This document shows, one piece after another, positions 1-8,944 of a stretch of 64,000 nucleotides of DNA (the stretch's first letter is position 1; each line of letters opens with the position of its first letter). The DNA comes from Bacteroidia bacterium (GTDB lineage Bacteria > Bacteroidota > Bacteroidia > Bacteroidales > Paludibacteraceae): assembly GCA_009929375.1 (NCBI GenBank), contig SAAO01000003.1, positions 53,128 to 117,127 on the forward strand, given 5' to 3'. Made by a program: the position numbers and the translations under genes. The notes under the pieces are model-generated. The model was not told the origin of the DNA, made no database searches, and worked only from the letters and a program-made list of their open reading frames with translations.

Positions 1-735
1 GAAGCACTGACTGACAGTCTTAATGCAAGAGATTATTGGTTTAAAATGAAAACTCGAGTAAAGTCAGAAGATGGAATTGAGTTGTCGACAATTTGTCGAC
101 AACTCAAATTAGTTTCTTCAGACGGAAAGCGCTACGCAACTGATTGTGCCGACACAAAAGCCTTGTTTCGTATCATTCAATCTATACCTTCACCCAAAGC
201 AGAACCTTTCAAACAATGGCTTGCCAAAGTGGGTTACGAGCGTATGCAGGAAATTCAGGATCCTGCTCAGGGTCTTGACAGAGCACGCGAAAACTGGCAA
301 AAACTCGGACGTAGCGAAAAATGGATTCAGCAACGAATGATGGGTCAGGAAACCCGCAACAAACTTACTGATTACTGGAAAGATGCAGGAATAAAAAAAG
401 AAGATGAATTTGCAATGCTCACCAATATCATTCATAAAGAATGGTCGGATCTTACAGTAAAAGAGCACAAAGTGCTGAAAGGTTTAAAAACTCAGAATCT
501 GCGCGATCACATGAGCGAAGGAGAATTAATTTTTACAGCCCTTGCCGAACTCTCGACCCGACAAATTGCTGAAACAGAAAAAGCAAAAGGGCTGAATGAA
601 AATGCTAAAGCAGGCAAAAAAGGAGGTGCTGTTGCCAAAAATGCCCGCAAGGAACTGGAAGAGCAAACAGGTAAAAGTGTGATCACAGGTGAGAATTTTC
701 TTCCACCAAAAATTAGCAAAAAACAAATTAAATAA
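1..735 (+). CDS. BRO-N / DinD-like protein (DNA-damage-inducible protein D family), 5' partial
   Basis: Frame is open from nt 1 into ORF 46..735. The core KRYATDCADTKALFRIIQSIPSPKAEPFKQWLAKVGYERMQE is typical of BRO-N/DinD proteins. Lys/Ala-rich tail. Confidence 0.65.
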   Translation, partial: EALTDSLNARDYWFKMKTRVKSEDGIELSTICRQLKLVSSDGKRYATDCADTKALFRIIQSIPSPKAEPFKQWLAKVGYERMQEIQDPAQGLDRARENWQKLGRSEKWIQQRMMGQETRNKLTDYWKDAGIKKEDEFAMLTNIIHKEWSDLTVKEHKVLKGLKTQNLRDHMSEGELIFTALAELSTRQIAETEKAKGLNENAKAGKKGGAVAKNARKELEEQTGKSVITGENFLPPKISKKQIK

Positions 736-744
736 CCAATTCAA

Positions 745-778
745 TTAGTGACGCTTTGTGTCCTTAGTGCCTTAGTGG
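745..778. repeat. Word-stutter tract (CTTTGTG, CCTTAGTG x2) 9 nt after the BRO-N gene stop
   Basis: Sequence ttagtgacgctttgtgtccttagtgccttagtgg. Same CTTTG/CTTAG vocabulary as 24438..24467 and 27338..27415. Confidence 0.6.
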
Positions 779-787
779 TAAAAAAGA

Positions 788-1558
788 ATGAATAAACTTA
801 CACTCGTAAAAGTCGGAGGTAAAATTGTAGAAGACTCCGAAACGCTTAAACAGTTGCTGTCCGATTTTTCGAAAATTGAGGGACACAAAGTGCTCGTGCA
901 TGGTGGCGGTCGCTCGGCTACTGCTATTGCTGCAAAACTGGGTATAGAAAGCCAGATGGTTAACGGACGCCGCATAACCGACGAAGAAACGCTGAAAGTA
1001 GTGACCATGGTGTATGGCGGTTTGGTAAACAAACAAATCGTTGCCGGACTGCAGGCCATTGGCGTCAATGCACTCGGACTTACAGGAGCCGACCTGAACT
1101 ATATGCGTTCCGAGAAACGACCGGTAAAGGATGTGGATTACGGATTTGTAGGCGATGTAAAAGAAGTGAACGCTGATATTCTGGCCGATCTGATTGCGCG
1201 TGGCGTAGTACCGGTTTTAGCTCCTCTAACGCACGACAATGCAGGAAATATGCTCAACACCAATGCCGACACCATTGCCGGAGAAGCAGCAAAAGCTCTC
1301 GCCAAACATTTCGAAGTGACATTGATGTTTTGCTTCGAGAAAAAAGGCGTATTAATGAGCGAAACCGACGACGAAAGTGTAATTCCCGAAATTACACCTG
1401 CATTGTTTGAAAAATATGTAGCCGACGGAATTATCAGCGGAGGCATGATACCCAAACTCGAAAACTCGTTTGAAGCTATAAATGCCGGTGTAAAACAAGT
1501 GGTAATTACACGTGCAGACCTGATTCACACCAGTGGCGGAACAAAAATAAACATCTGA
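788..1558 (+). CDS. argB: Acetylglutamate kinase
   Basis: VKVGGK...VLVHGGG...GRRITD...NTNADT amino-acid kinase motifs. 256 aa. Ends in TGA. Confidence 0.9.
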   Translation: MNKLTLVKVGGKIVEDSETLKQLLSDFSKIEGHKVLVHGGGRSATAIAAKLGIESQMVNGRRITDEETLKVVTMVYGGLVNKQIVAGLQAIGVNALGLTGADLNYMRSEKRPVKDVDYGFVGDVKEVNADILADLIARGVVPVLAPLTHDNAGNMLNTNADTIAGEAAKALAKHFEVTLMFCFEKKGVLMSETDDESVIPEITPALFEKYVADGIISGGMIPKLENSFEAINAGVKQVVITRADLIHTSGGTKINI

Positions 1559-1590
1559 TATTCCTTTCTTTCAACCTTGAAAATAAGTCT

Positions 1591-2913
1591 ATGCATAAAA
1601 AAATCCTGATTAGTTTGTCTTTAATTCTGGCGTCATTTTGTCAAACATATGCTTCTGACATATCTCCGCTCGACACGGCAAATTTTGCAAAACGTAAAAC
1701 CATTGTCGAAAATCTGAAAAAGAGAAACAAAAAACTGAGCAAAGAATTATCAAAAGTGTATTCGGTTACTGAGTTGAATTATATCAGACCGATTTACAAC
1801 GAATTTGATAAAGACCTGAGAAAAGATATTCAAAAAGGAGATTATATATTTTACAGTGCTTTCGATTCCGTAATCAACGATACACACAACAAACTGACTG
1901 CTCATAACCCGGGTCTCGAAAAGAGTTGTATGTATTTCGTTTCGAGAGACATATCGCTGAATGCCATGAGTACTGTTTACAATACTTTTGTAATTAACCT
2001 TGGTTCGTTTTACTTCTTAAAAAACAGAGACGAATTTGCCACTTTGATTGCACACGAACATGCTCACAACTATTTAAAGCATCAGATTGCTTCGCTAAAA
2101 AACAATTATAAAATGGACAGGACCGATGCGAAAGCCTCGGTGAGCGAAATCAGGAAAAACCGTTATGGCAGAGGAGCCAGGGCTGTGGAGGAATTTAAAT
2201 CATTGCTTTACAACAAAGGTAAAATGAACCGTCAGCACGAATTTGAAGCTGACTCTTTAGGATATTTATTATACAAAATTTCCGGTTATAATCCTGATTT
2301 ATACCTGAATTCGTTTCGGCTAATGCTTGAATACGACACGATTAAAACTACCGATCTGGATATCTCAATTTATAAAAAAACATTCGACTTGCCCGAACAG
2401 GCTTTTAAAGACGAATGGCTGAAACAGGAAGATTTCTCGGATTACGATTATTCAAAGTTCAAAGATAAATTCGATAGCGATTCTATTAAAAGTCACCCTG
2501 AACTGGAGGAGCGAATAAATAATCTGAAACGCTTATTCCCCGAGCTAAATACTACAAACAGCACCGACAGCGTAGTGGCCGACACATTTTATCGCGAAAT
2601 ACGTCAGACTGCGTTTTACGAAGTGTTTCAGAGCCTGGATATCAGCGAAGATTATGGATTTGGCGTGTATCTTTGTTTGAGTGAGCTTGCTGATAGCAGC
2701 TTATTTTCCGAAAGTGAAGTGGCTTATTTCAAAAAATGGTTAGGAAAGTATTTTACAAAAATACACAAAGCACGTAAAGAATATACTTTAAATCGTCATC
2801 TCGACAAAGTTGATCCCAAGGAGCAACCAAAAGATTATCAGCAGTTTCTTAATTTCATGTGGAACCTGAAACTTCCGGAAATAGAAGTTATTGCCAAACA
2901 CTATAGCATTTAA
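1591..2913 (+). CDS. M48-family zinc metallopeptidase, secreted
   Basis: Signal peptide. HEHAH (HExxH) followed by EFEAD, a third-ligand Glu motif. AT-rich gene. Confidence 0.7.
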   Translation: MHKKILISLSLILASFCQTYASDISPLDTANFAKRKTIVENLKKRNKKLSKELSKVYSVTELNYIRPIYNEFDKDLRKDIQKGDYIFYSAFDSVINDTHNKLTAHNPGLEKSCMYFVSRDISLNAMSTVYNTFVINLGSFYFLKNRDEFATLIAHEHAHNYLKHQIASLKNNYKMDRTDAKASVSEIRKNRYGRGARAVEEFKSLLYNKGKMNRQHEFEADSLGYLLYKISGYNPDLYLNSFRLMLEYDTIKTTDLDISIYKKTFDLPEQAFKDEWLKQEDFSDYDYSKFKDKFDSDSIKSHPELEERINNLKRLFPELNTTNSTDSVVADTFYREIRQTAFYEVFQSLDISEDYGFGVYLCLSELADSSLFSESEVAYFKKWLGKYFTKIHKARKEYTLNRHLDKVDPKEQPKDYQQFLNFMWNLKLPEIEVIAKHYSI

Positions 2914-2915
2914 AC

Positions 2916-2951
2916 AAAAACGCTGAAAGTTCATGAACTTTCAGCGTTTTT
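2916..2951. terminator. Bidirectional intrinsic terminator between convergent genes
   Basis: AAAAA-CGCTGAAAGTT-catg-AACTTTCAGCG-TTTTT, a perfect 11-bp stem. Confidence 0.8.
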
Positions 2952-2959
2952 GTTTAAGC

Positions 2960-4507
2960 TTAATTATTAAGACGTTCGAGCCTTATCTGGTTATATTTCT
3001 CATTTCTGTTGTATTCGTTCAGAATTATATAACCATCCTTCGCCGGTATAGGCACCACCTGCATATTTTCGGAACTGAGCGGAATTTTTTCAGTAGTTAA
3101 GGTGTCATTCTTAATGGTATTAATACTCAACTCATATTCAGTCTTTTTCGAGCCTTTTACCTTGCTTTGATAACAAACAACCGCAGTCTGATTTACAGGA
3201 TGATACTGAGAGAATATAAAATCATTTAATTTGTATGATTTAGCCTTTTCTACTTTTGTGATCCCGATAGGTTCAAACCGGCTGTTAAACCTCATAAAAT
3301 ACGCATCTTTTGAATAGTTCGGATCCAGGTCTATAATATAAAACGATAGAGAATAAACAAACTCTGCCAATACCGACCTTGTGTAGTATTCTTCATTTGC
3401 AGCTACAAGCGATCCATCCCTGAATAAGAATATTGAGTTTCGGAATAACTTATTTGTTTTATTTATTTTTCCTTTGACCGACAATGGCATTTCTACCGTC
3501 GACATGTCCTTCCATGTCAGGTATTTTCGTTCAATTTCGTTGCCATTCCGGTCAATTAGTATCCGGTAATATCCGAGATAATCTGAGCCTTTTTTAATTT
3601 TCTTGTTGTTATAATATCTGCCAAAAACCACCATCGTATCACCAAGTTGATTCACAATACGCTCGTGAAAATAAGGCGTTGTGTCGTTCTGAATACAATA
3701 TTCGAAAACCTTCTTTCCGGTAGCCAAATCCTGAGCAATCAGATTTACCTTATCAGCTACTTTCGGAGCAGAATGAGTTTCTATGGCATAAATACGGGTA
3801 CTATCTGCACTTTTATAACTATATCTGGTTCTTTTTTTAGTCTTTTTGGCTGATACCGAATCCAAACGATATTCCCAAACAAAGTTTTTATCAAAATCAT
3901 AATACTTTATACTATGCTCATAATAACCCGTATAACGGTTAAATCCACCAACAAGAAAGCCTTTTTTATCTCCGGCTCTCAGGGGATTCACATAGTTATA
4001 GTTACCCAACGAATCCTGTCCCATGGAAAGGTCCTTCAATTTTGTAATCTTTTTGGGCAAAGGCCTGAATTCCTTATCCTTAAATATAAACTCTTCTGAA
4101 ACAGCATTATCTTTCAGTGGAATAATACGATTTGAGTTATAGACAAAAACAGGGGGTTGACCATCGGCATACAATGATATATCCAAGACTAAATAATCAC
4201 CAAGATAGTGACAGTCATTGTAATAAGTGCTGAATGTTTTGATGATGGATGTATCATAAAATTTTGTGGTATAATATCCGTTATGAACCTTATTCAGATT
4301 CTTATCAAATATCACATATTCCATCTTCACACTATCTTTCATTCTGTCGAACTGGTACAAATAAAAATAGCCCCACAAATTATCGTTATCGTATAAAATT
4401 TTGGAATAAACCAGCCGTCCCTGCGACATTTGGTATAAATTCTGCATTTGTGCCGATAAGGTTAAGGAGAACACTGTAAGTAGAAAGAGAAGTCGGAATC
4501 TTTTCAT
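2960..4507 (-). CDS. Hypothetical secreted protein (Tyr/Asn/Lys-rich, unknown family)
   Basis: 515-aa ORF with signal peptide MKRFRLLFLLTVFSLTLSAQ. No motif I can assign. AT-rich. Confidence 0.6.
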   Translation of the reverse strand: MKRFRLLFLLTVFSLTLSAQMQNLYQMSQGRLVYSKILYDNDNLWGYFYLYQFDRMKDSVKMEYVIFDKNLNKVHNGYYTTKFYDTSIIKTFSTYYNDCHYLGDYLVLDISLYADGQPPVFVYNSNRIIPLKDNAVSEEFIFKDKEFRPLPKKITKLKDLSMGQDSLGNYNYVNPLRAGDKKGFLVGGFNRYTGYYEHSIKYYDFDKNFVWEYRLDSVSAKKTKKRTRYSYKSADSTRIYAIETHSAPKVADKVNLIAQDLATGKKVFEYCIQNDTTPYFHERIVNQLGDTMVVFGRYYNNKKIKKGSDYLGYYRILIDRNGNEIERKYLTWKDMSTVEMPLSVKGKINKTNKLFRNSIFLFRDGSLVAANEEYYTRSVLAEFVYSLSFYIIDLDPNYSKDAYFMRFNSRFEPIGITKVEKAKSYKLNDFIFSQYHPVNQTAVVCYQSKVKGSKKTEYELSINTIKNDTLTTEKIPLSSENMQVVPIPAKDGYIILNEYNRNEKYNQIRLERLNN

Positions 4508-4712
4508 ACAATATTAGATTTTAGCTTATAAATAACTATAAATAATTTTACAAAATTAAACAAATCCAAACAATAACAAAATAAAAATTTAATATTTTAC
4601 AAATAAAAAAATCCTCCGTATTCTCTGCATAAAATGCCGGTTCGCATTGTACATATCACAGGCATATTCACAATGTTTATGAATGGAATATTCAGGCAAA
4701 CAAATAAATATT

Positions 4713-4720
4713 TATCTTTG
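4713..4720 (+). promoter_or_regulatory. Bacteroidota -7 box TATCTTTG
   Basis: Exact TAnnTTTG, 74 nt upstream of ATG 4794. Confidence 0.45.
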
Positions 4721-4793
4721 CATTGAATATATGTGATTGCAACTTTATACTCAGAAAGACATATAATGAAGTCAAATTGAAATACAAAATATT

Positions 4794-5663
4794 ATGAAAC
4801 ACATTTCACTTATTATTGCACTGATAATGAATATTACACTTATTTCTGCACAGGAAGAAATCAAACTTTATCCCAAAGGAACTCCCGAAAGTAACGGACT
4901 CGAGAACAAAGAAAAATTCCGCGATCCGGAATTTATTGTGGACATCAGTGAACCACGCATGTACGCATATCCGGCTCCTAAAGAAACCGCCAACGGAACA
5001 GCCGTACTTATTTGCCCCGGAGGAGGATATTCAGGCGTTTCGCAAATAAAAGAAGGTTCGGAGTTTGCCGAATGGTTCAACAAAATGGGCATCAGCGCTT
5101 ATGTTCTTTATTATCGCATGCCCAATGGAAATCATTTTATTCCCCTGAAAGATGCGCAAACCGCGCTTGCTATTATCCATAAAAATGCAAAAAAATGGAA
5201 TATTGACAAGAAAAAAATCGGAATAATGGGATTCTCGGCCGGAGGACATCTTGCCGCTACAGCAGGAACTCATTTCAAAACCAAAACACAACGTCCGGCT
5301 TTTATGTTACTTGCATATCCGGTAGTAACAATGGATAAAAATGTGACTCATGGAGGTTCACGCCATAATTTGTTGGGCAAAAATCCTTCTGAAGAAATGG
5401 TGAAGCTTTACTCAAACGAACTTCAGGTAACAAAAAAAACACCGCCCACATTTCTGGTGCATGCAAAAGACGATGGTGCTGTGCCCATTGCCAACAGCGA
5501 AAATATGCTGAAAGCGCTAGAAGCGAAAGGCGTTCCGGCTAAACTCGTAGTTTACGACAAAGGCGGACATGGTTTTGGCATGCGAAAACGCAACATTCCT
5601 GCCGATAACTGGCCTGAAGAACTCAAAAAGTGGATGATTGCCCAGAAACTGGTGAATCCGTAA
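4794..5663 (+). CDS. Secreted alpha/beta-hydrolase (esterase/lipase-like, probable carbohydrate esterase)
   Basis: Signal peptide. PGGGY oxyanion region, GFSAGGH (GxSxG), late D and H (KDDGAVP, GGHGF). Confidence 0.8.
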   Translation: MKHISLIIALIMNITLISAQEEIKLYPKGTPESNGLENKEKFRDPEFIVDISEPRMYAYPAPKETANGTAVLICPGGGYSGVSQIKEGSEFAEWFNKMGISAYVLYYRMPNGNHFIPLKDAQTALAIIHKNAKKWNIDKKKIGIMGFSAGGHLAATAGTHFKTKTQRPAFMLLAYPVVTMDKNVTHGGSRHNLLGKNPSEEMVKLYSNELQVTKKTPPTFLVHAKDDGAVPIANSENMLKALEAKGVPAKLVVYDKGGHGFGMRKRNIPADNWPEELKKWMIAQKLVNP

Positions 5664-5693
5664 ATAACCAATTCAACAACAGCTACAAAGCCT

Positions 5694-6761
5694 ATGAACC
5701 CAATGATATTCGAACTGACACAAGATGCGGTTCAGTTACTTCGCGACATGATTTCGATTGAATCGTTCAGTCGCGAAGAGAAAAATGTGGCTGATTTTTT
5801 GGAACGCTACATTGAATCGAAAGGATATGTGGCTTCGCGCAGCGGAAACAATATTTGGCTGATGAGTCCGGGATTCGACACAGCAAAGCCAACCATTTTG
5901 CTGAATTCGCATATCGACACGGTAAAACCTGTTTCAGCCTGGACACGAAATCCTTTCGGGGCTGAACTTGAAAACGGCAAACTCTTTGGTTTGGGAAGCA
6001 ACGATGCCGGCGCAAGTGTGGTAAGTTTACTGCATGCTTTTTTCAGTCTTACATTACAACAACAAAGCTACAACCTTATTTTTGCAGCATCGGCCGAAGA
6101 AGAAGTCTCCGGAAAAAATGGTATCGAAAGCCTGATTCGGGAACTACCGCAAATCGACTTTGCCATTGTGGGCGAACCAACCGGAATGCATCTGGCTGTG
6201 GCAGAAAAAGGTCTGATGGTACTCGATTGTGTGGCTTACGGAAAAGCCGGTCACGCCGCCCGATACGAAGGTGAAAACGCCATTTACAAAGCCCTGAAAG
6301 ATGTAAAATGGTTCGAAAACTATGAATTTGCAAAAAAATCGGATTTGCTCGGACTGGTAAAAATGACTGTCACTCAAATAAATGCTGGTACACAGCACAA
6401 TGTCATTCCCGACAAATGCAGTTTTGTAGTGGATGTACGAAGCAACGAACTGTATTCCAATGAGGAGTTGCTATCAGAAATCAGGAAAAATGTAGGTTGC
6501 GACGTTCAGCCACGATCCACACGATTGAATTCCAGCGCCACTCCGCTGCAACATCCGGTTGTGAAGCGTGCAATGGAGCTAAAACGAAACACATACGGCT
6601 CTCCCACTCTGTCCGATCAGGCACTTATGCCTTTTGCCAGCGTAAAAATGGGTCCTGGCGAGTCTGCGCGCTCGCACACAGCCGACGAATTTATCCTGAT
6701 ATCGGAAATCGAAGAGGCTATCGAAATTTACATCGATCTGCTGAACGGGCTAAAAATGTAA
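5694..6761 (+). CDS. M20-family metallohydrolase (acetylornithine deacetylase-like, ArgE family)
   Basis: LNSHIDTV, GSNDAGA, SAEEEVSG metal-ligand motifs. 355 aa. Lies near argB and proC. Confidence 0.8.
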   Translation: MNPMIFELTQDAVQLLRDMISIESFSREEKNVADFLERYIESKGYVASRSGNNIWLMSPGFDTAKPTILLNSHIDTVKPVSAWTRNPFGAELENGKLFGLGSNDAGASVVSLLHAFFSLTLQQQSYNLIFAASAEEEVSGKNGIESLIRELPQIDFAIVGEPTGMHLAVAEKGLMVLDCVAYGKAGHAARYEGENAIYKALKDVKWFENYEFAKKSDLLGLVKMTVTQINAGTQHNVIPDKCSFVVDVRSNELYSNEELLSEIRKNVGCDVQPRSTRLNSSATPLQHPVVKRAMELKRNTYGSPTLSDQALMPFASVKMGPGESARSHTADEFILISEIEEAIEIYIDLLNGLKM

Positions 6762-6819
6762 ATTCTCAACATATCACCAGAGTCAAGATACTTTCATTCT
6801 GAAAGTTTAAAATCTTTAT

Positions 6820-6851
6820 AAAAGCCTGTCATTTCAAAAAAACAGGCTTTT
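6820..6851 (+). terminator. Intrinsic terminator after the M20 gene
   Basis: AAAAGCCTGT-catttcaaaaaa-ACAGGCTTTT. Confidence 0.7.
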
Positions 6852-6876
6852 ACCTTTTACATCGGAAAGAAATTTG

Positions 6877-6884
6877 TATTTTTG
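6877..6884 (+). promoter_or_regulatory. -7 box TATTTTTG for metF
   Basis: Exact TAnnTTTG, 70 nt upstream of ATG 6954. Confidence 0.45.
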
Positions 6885-6894
6885 CAAATTCAAT

Positions 6895-6910
6895 AAACAA
6901 CCGGTTGTTT
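6895..6910. promoter_or_regulatory. Perfect 16-bp palindrome at the predicted 5' end of the metF leader
   Basis: AAACAACCGGTTGTTT, starting about 11 nt after the -7 box. Confidence 0.4.
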
Positions 6911-6953
6911 GGCTTAAAACAAACTGACCACACCGGAAATTGACATAAAAAAG

Positions 6954-7898
6954 ATGAGTTTAGTAGAAAAAATTAAATCGGCCAAAACCACAGCTTTCTC
7001 GTTCGAACTTTTACCTCCTTTGAAAGGAAACGGAATTGATGGTGTGTACCGCACTATCGATGCATTGCGCGAATTTGACCCCAAATACATCAACATAACT
7101 ACTCACCGCAGCGAAATGGTGTTTCGCGAAACAGCCAACGGACTGTTCGAACGTGTGGCTGAACGCCATCGCCCGGGCACAGTAGCCATTGCAGCGGCCA
7201 TTCAGAACAAATATAAAATTACCGTTGTACCACATATTATTTGCAGCGGATTTACAAAAGAAGAAACAGAATATGCACTTATCGACCTTCAGTTTTTGGG
7301 CATTACTGATTTGCTGTTGCTTCGTGGCGACAAAGCCAAACACGACCGTGAATTTGTGCCAACCGGGCATCGTTATGCCACTGAGCTTCAGGGACAGGTA
7401 AATACTTTCAACAAAGGACTTTTTCTCGATGGGTCGGAAATGAAATCGCTCACTCCATTTTCGTACGGAATGGCTTGCTATCCTGAGAAACACGAGGAGG
7501 CGCCCAACATGGACTCAGAACTTTTTTATGCCAAAATGAAGGTAGATGAAGGTGCCGAATATTTAGTAACACAAATGTTTTTCGACAACGAAAAATACTT
7601 TCAGTTTGTGGAAAAATGTCGTTCAGCAGGTATCAACGTACCCATTATTCCGGGTATCAAGCCTATTACGTTTATGAATCAGCTAACGGTTTTACCCAAG
7701 ATTTTCAAAACCGATATTCCAGAAGCTTTTGCTGCCGAACTTCGTAAATGCAAAACTGATGCCGAAGCAGCCGAAGTGGGTGTGGAATGGTGTACAGCAC
7801 AAGCCCGCGACCTGATTGCTCACGGTGTGCCAAGTATTCATTTTTACTCAATGATGGCTACGCAAAGCGTAAAACGTGTAGCTCAGGCGGTTTATTGA
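6954..7898 (+). CDS. metF: Methylenetetrahydrofolate reductase
   Basis: 314 aa. SFELLPP...ITTH...LLLLRGD...YPEKH...TQMFFD are typical MetF blocks. Confidence 0.9.
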   Translation: MSLVEKIKSAKTTAFSFELLPPLKGNGIDGVYRTIDALREFDPKYINITTHRSEMVFRETANGLFERVAERHRPGTVAIAAAIQNKYKITVVPHIICSGFTKEETEYALIDLQFLGITDLLLLRGDKAKHDREFVPTGHRYATELQGQVNTFNKGLFLDGSEMKSLTPFSYGMACYPEKHEEAPNMDSELFYAKMKVDEGAEYLVTQMFFDNEKYFQFVEKCRSAGINVPIIPGIKPITFMNQLTVLPKIFKTDIPEAFAAELRKCKTDAEAAEVGVEWCTAQARDLIAHGVPSIHFYSMMATQSVKRVAQAVY

Positions 7899-7930
7899 TT
7901 TACAATTTATCCATTTACGATTTACAGTTT
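7899..7930. repeat. Word-stutter tract (TTTAC words) starting on the base after the metF stop
   Basis: tttacaatttatccatttacgatttacagttt. Confidence 0.5.
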
Positions 7931-7984
7931 AACAGCCCGGCATGGGGGCACATTTAATATAACATTCCAGCCAACACTAAAGAA

Positions 7985-8212
7985 ATGAGTTTTATTTTAT
8001 ATTTAATATTCTTCGTACTCATTATCGGCCTTTTTATTTTACTGGCCGTATTCGGATTTGTACGCAGAATTCTGGGTTTTGGTCGCCGCCCGAAAAATTT
8101 CGGAAATGAACCAACACAAGATCAATACGAAAACGCCTGAAGTAATCGCAAAGAGAAAATTTTTGAGAAAAATGAAGGCGAATATGTGGATTACGAAGAG
8201 GTAAAGGACTAA
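7985..8212 (+). pseudogene. DUF4834-like small membrane protein interrupted by an in-frame TGA (8138..8140)
   Basis: ATG 7985 gives a hydrophobic helix (MSFILYLIFFVLIIGLFILLAVFGFVRRILGFGRR...). After the in-frame TGA the same frame reads SNRKEKIFEKNEGEYVDYEEVKD*, the acidic C-terminal hallmark I recall for this family. Below the 60-aa cutoff of the ORF track. Confidence 0.55.
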
Positions 8213-8934
8213 ACATTCTGTACAAATGCCACTTCCTTAAAATAGTAAGCGCGAATCTCTCCGGTTCGCGTTTTTAGTTTGAGGCAACCATCACTTTCAA
8301 TACCGGCAAGTTCTGCCTCAAACAGCCCTTTATTATCGCGATAAGTGTAAAAGCCAACCCGACGGTATAAATTTTCAGAATATTCATTCCGAATAGTATC
8401 CACATCCATTTTACTGTATAATTCATAAATATTATTCAGAACGTCCTGCAGAATGTTCTTCCGTCGCTGATTTTTAGCTGTAATCTGACGTAACGAAACC
8501 GGATTTGGAGCATCACTTCTGAATGTTTTCTGATTGATATTTAATCCAATACCCACAATGCTTGTATTCAGTTTTGAACCCTGAAGCGAATTTTCAATAA
8601 GTATTCCTCCAATCTTCTTATCACCGAAATAAATATCGTTGGGCCATTTTATGCTGAAACCTGCACAAAAAGAATTCAAAGTACGCAAAATAGCCACGCT
8701 TACCAACTGCGAAAGAATAAACTGCTGATCAATGGCAATATGTTGCGGATAAAGCAAAACGCTGAAAAGCAGGTTTTTTCCTTTTTCCGACTCCCAGCTA
8801 TTGCCGGGCTGACCTTTGCCCGCCGACTGGAAATCGGTTCGTAACACAAAACCTTCGGGCAATTCGTATTCGCGCAGCATTTCTTTCAAAACCAGATTGG
8901 TCGAGCGCGTTTCGCGGAGATACATTGATTTCAT
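8209..8934 (-). CDS. birA: Biotin--[acetyl-CoA-carboxylase] ligase
   Basis: GKGQPGNSWES (GRGRxGRxW-type) motif, KWPNDIY, GIGLN. First ATG is at 8934 (MKSMYLRE); the 8961 start is TTG and would overlap dacB. Confidence 0.85.
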   Translation of the reverse strand: MKSMYLRETRSTNLVLKEMLREYELPEGFVLRTDFQSAGKGQPGNSWESEKGKNLLFSVLLYPQHIAIDQQFILSQLVSVAILRTLNSFCAGFSIKWPNDIYFGDKKIGGILIENSLQGSKLNTSIVGIGLNINQKTFRSDAPNPVSLRQITAKNQRRKNILQDVLNNIYELYSKMDVDTIRNEYSENLYRRVGFYTYRDNKGLFEAELAGIESDGCLKLKTRTGEIRAYYFKEVAFVQNV

Positions 8935-8944
8935 AAACTCTGTT

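Noticed and set aside
6885-6953. SAM riboswitch upstream of metF.
   Set aside because: The leader is about 65 nt and lacks the four-helix SAM-I layout. I could not place the SAM-II conserved 3' AAAGCU-type segment either. I kept it only as a palindrome/leader observation.
8138-8140. Reassigned genetic code (TGA as a sense codon) or selenocysteine at the in-frame TGA of the DUF4834-like gene.
   Set aside because: TGA terminates argB, xerD, aguA and the first HlyD paralog at their expected C-termini, so the standard code applies. No stable SECIS-like hairpin follows the TGA, and the family is not a redox enzyme.
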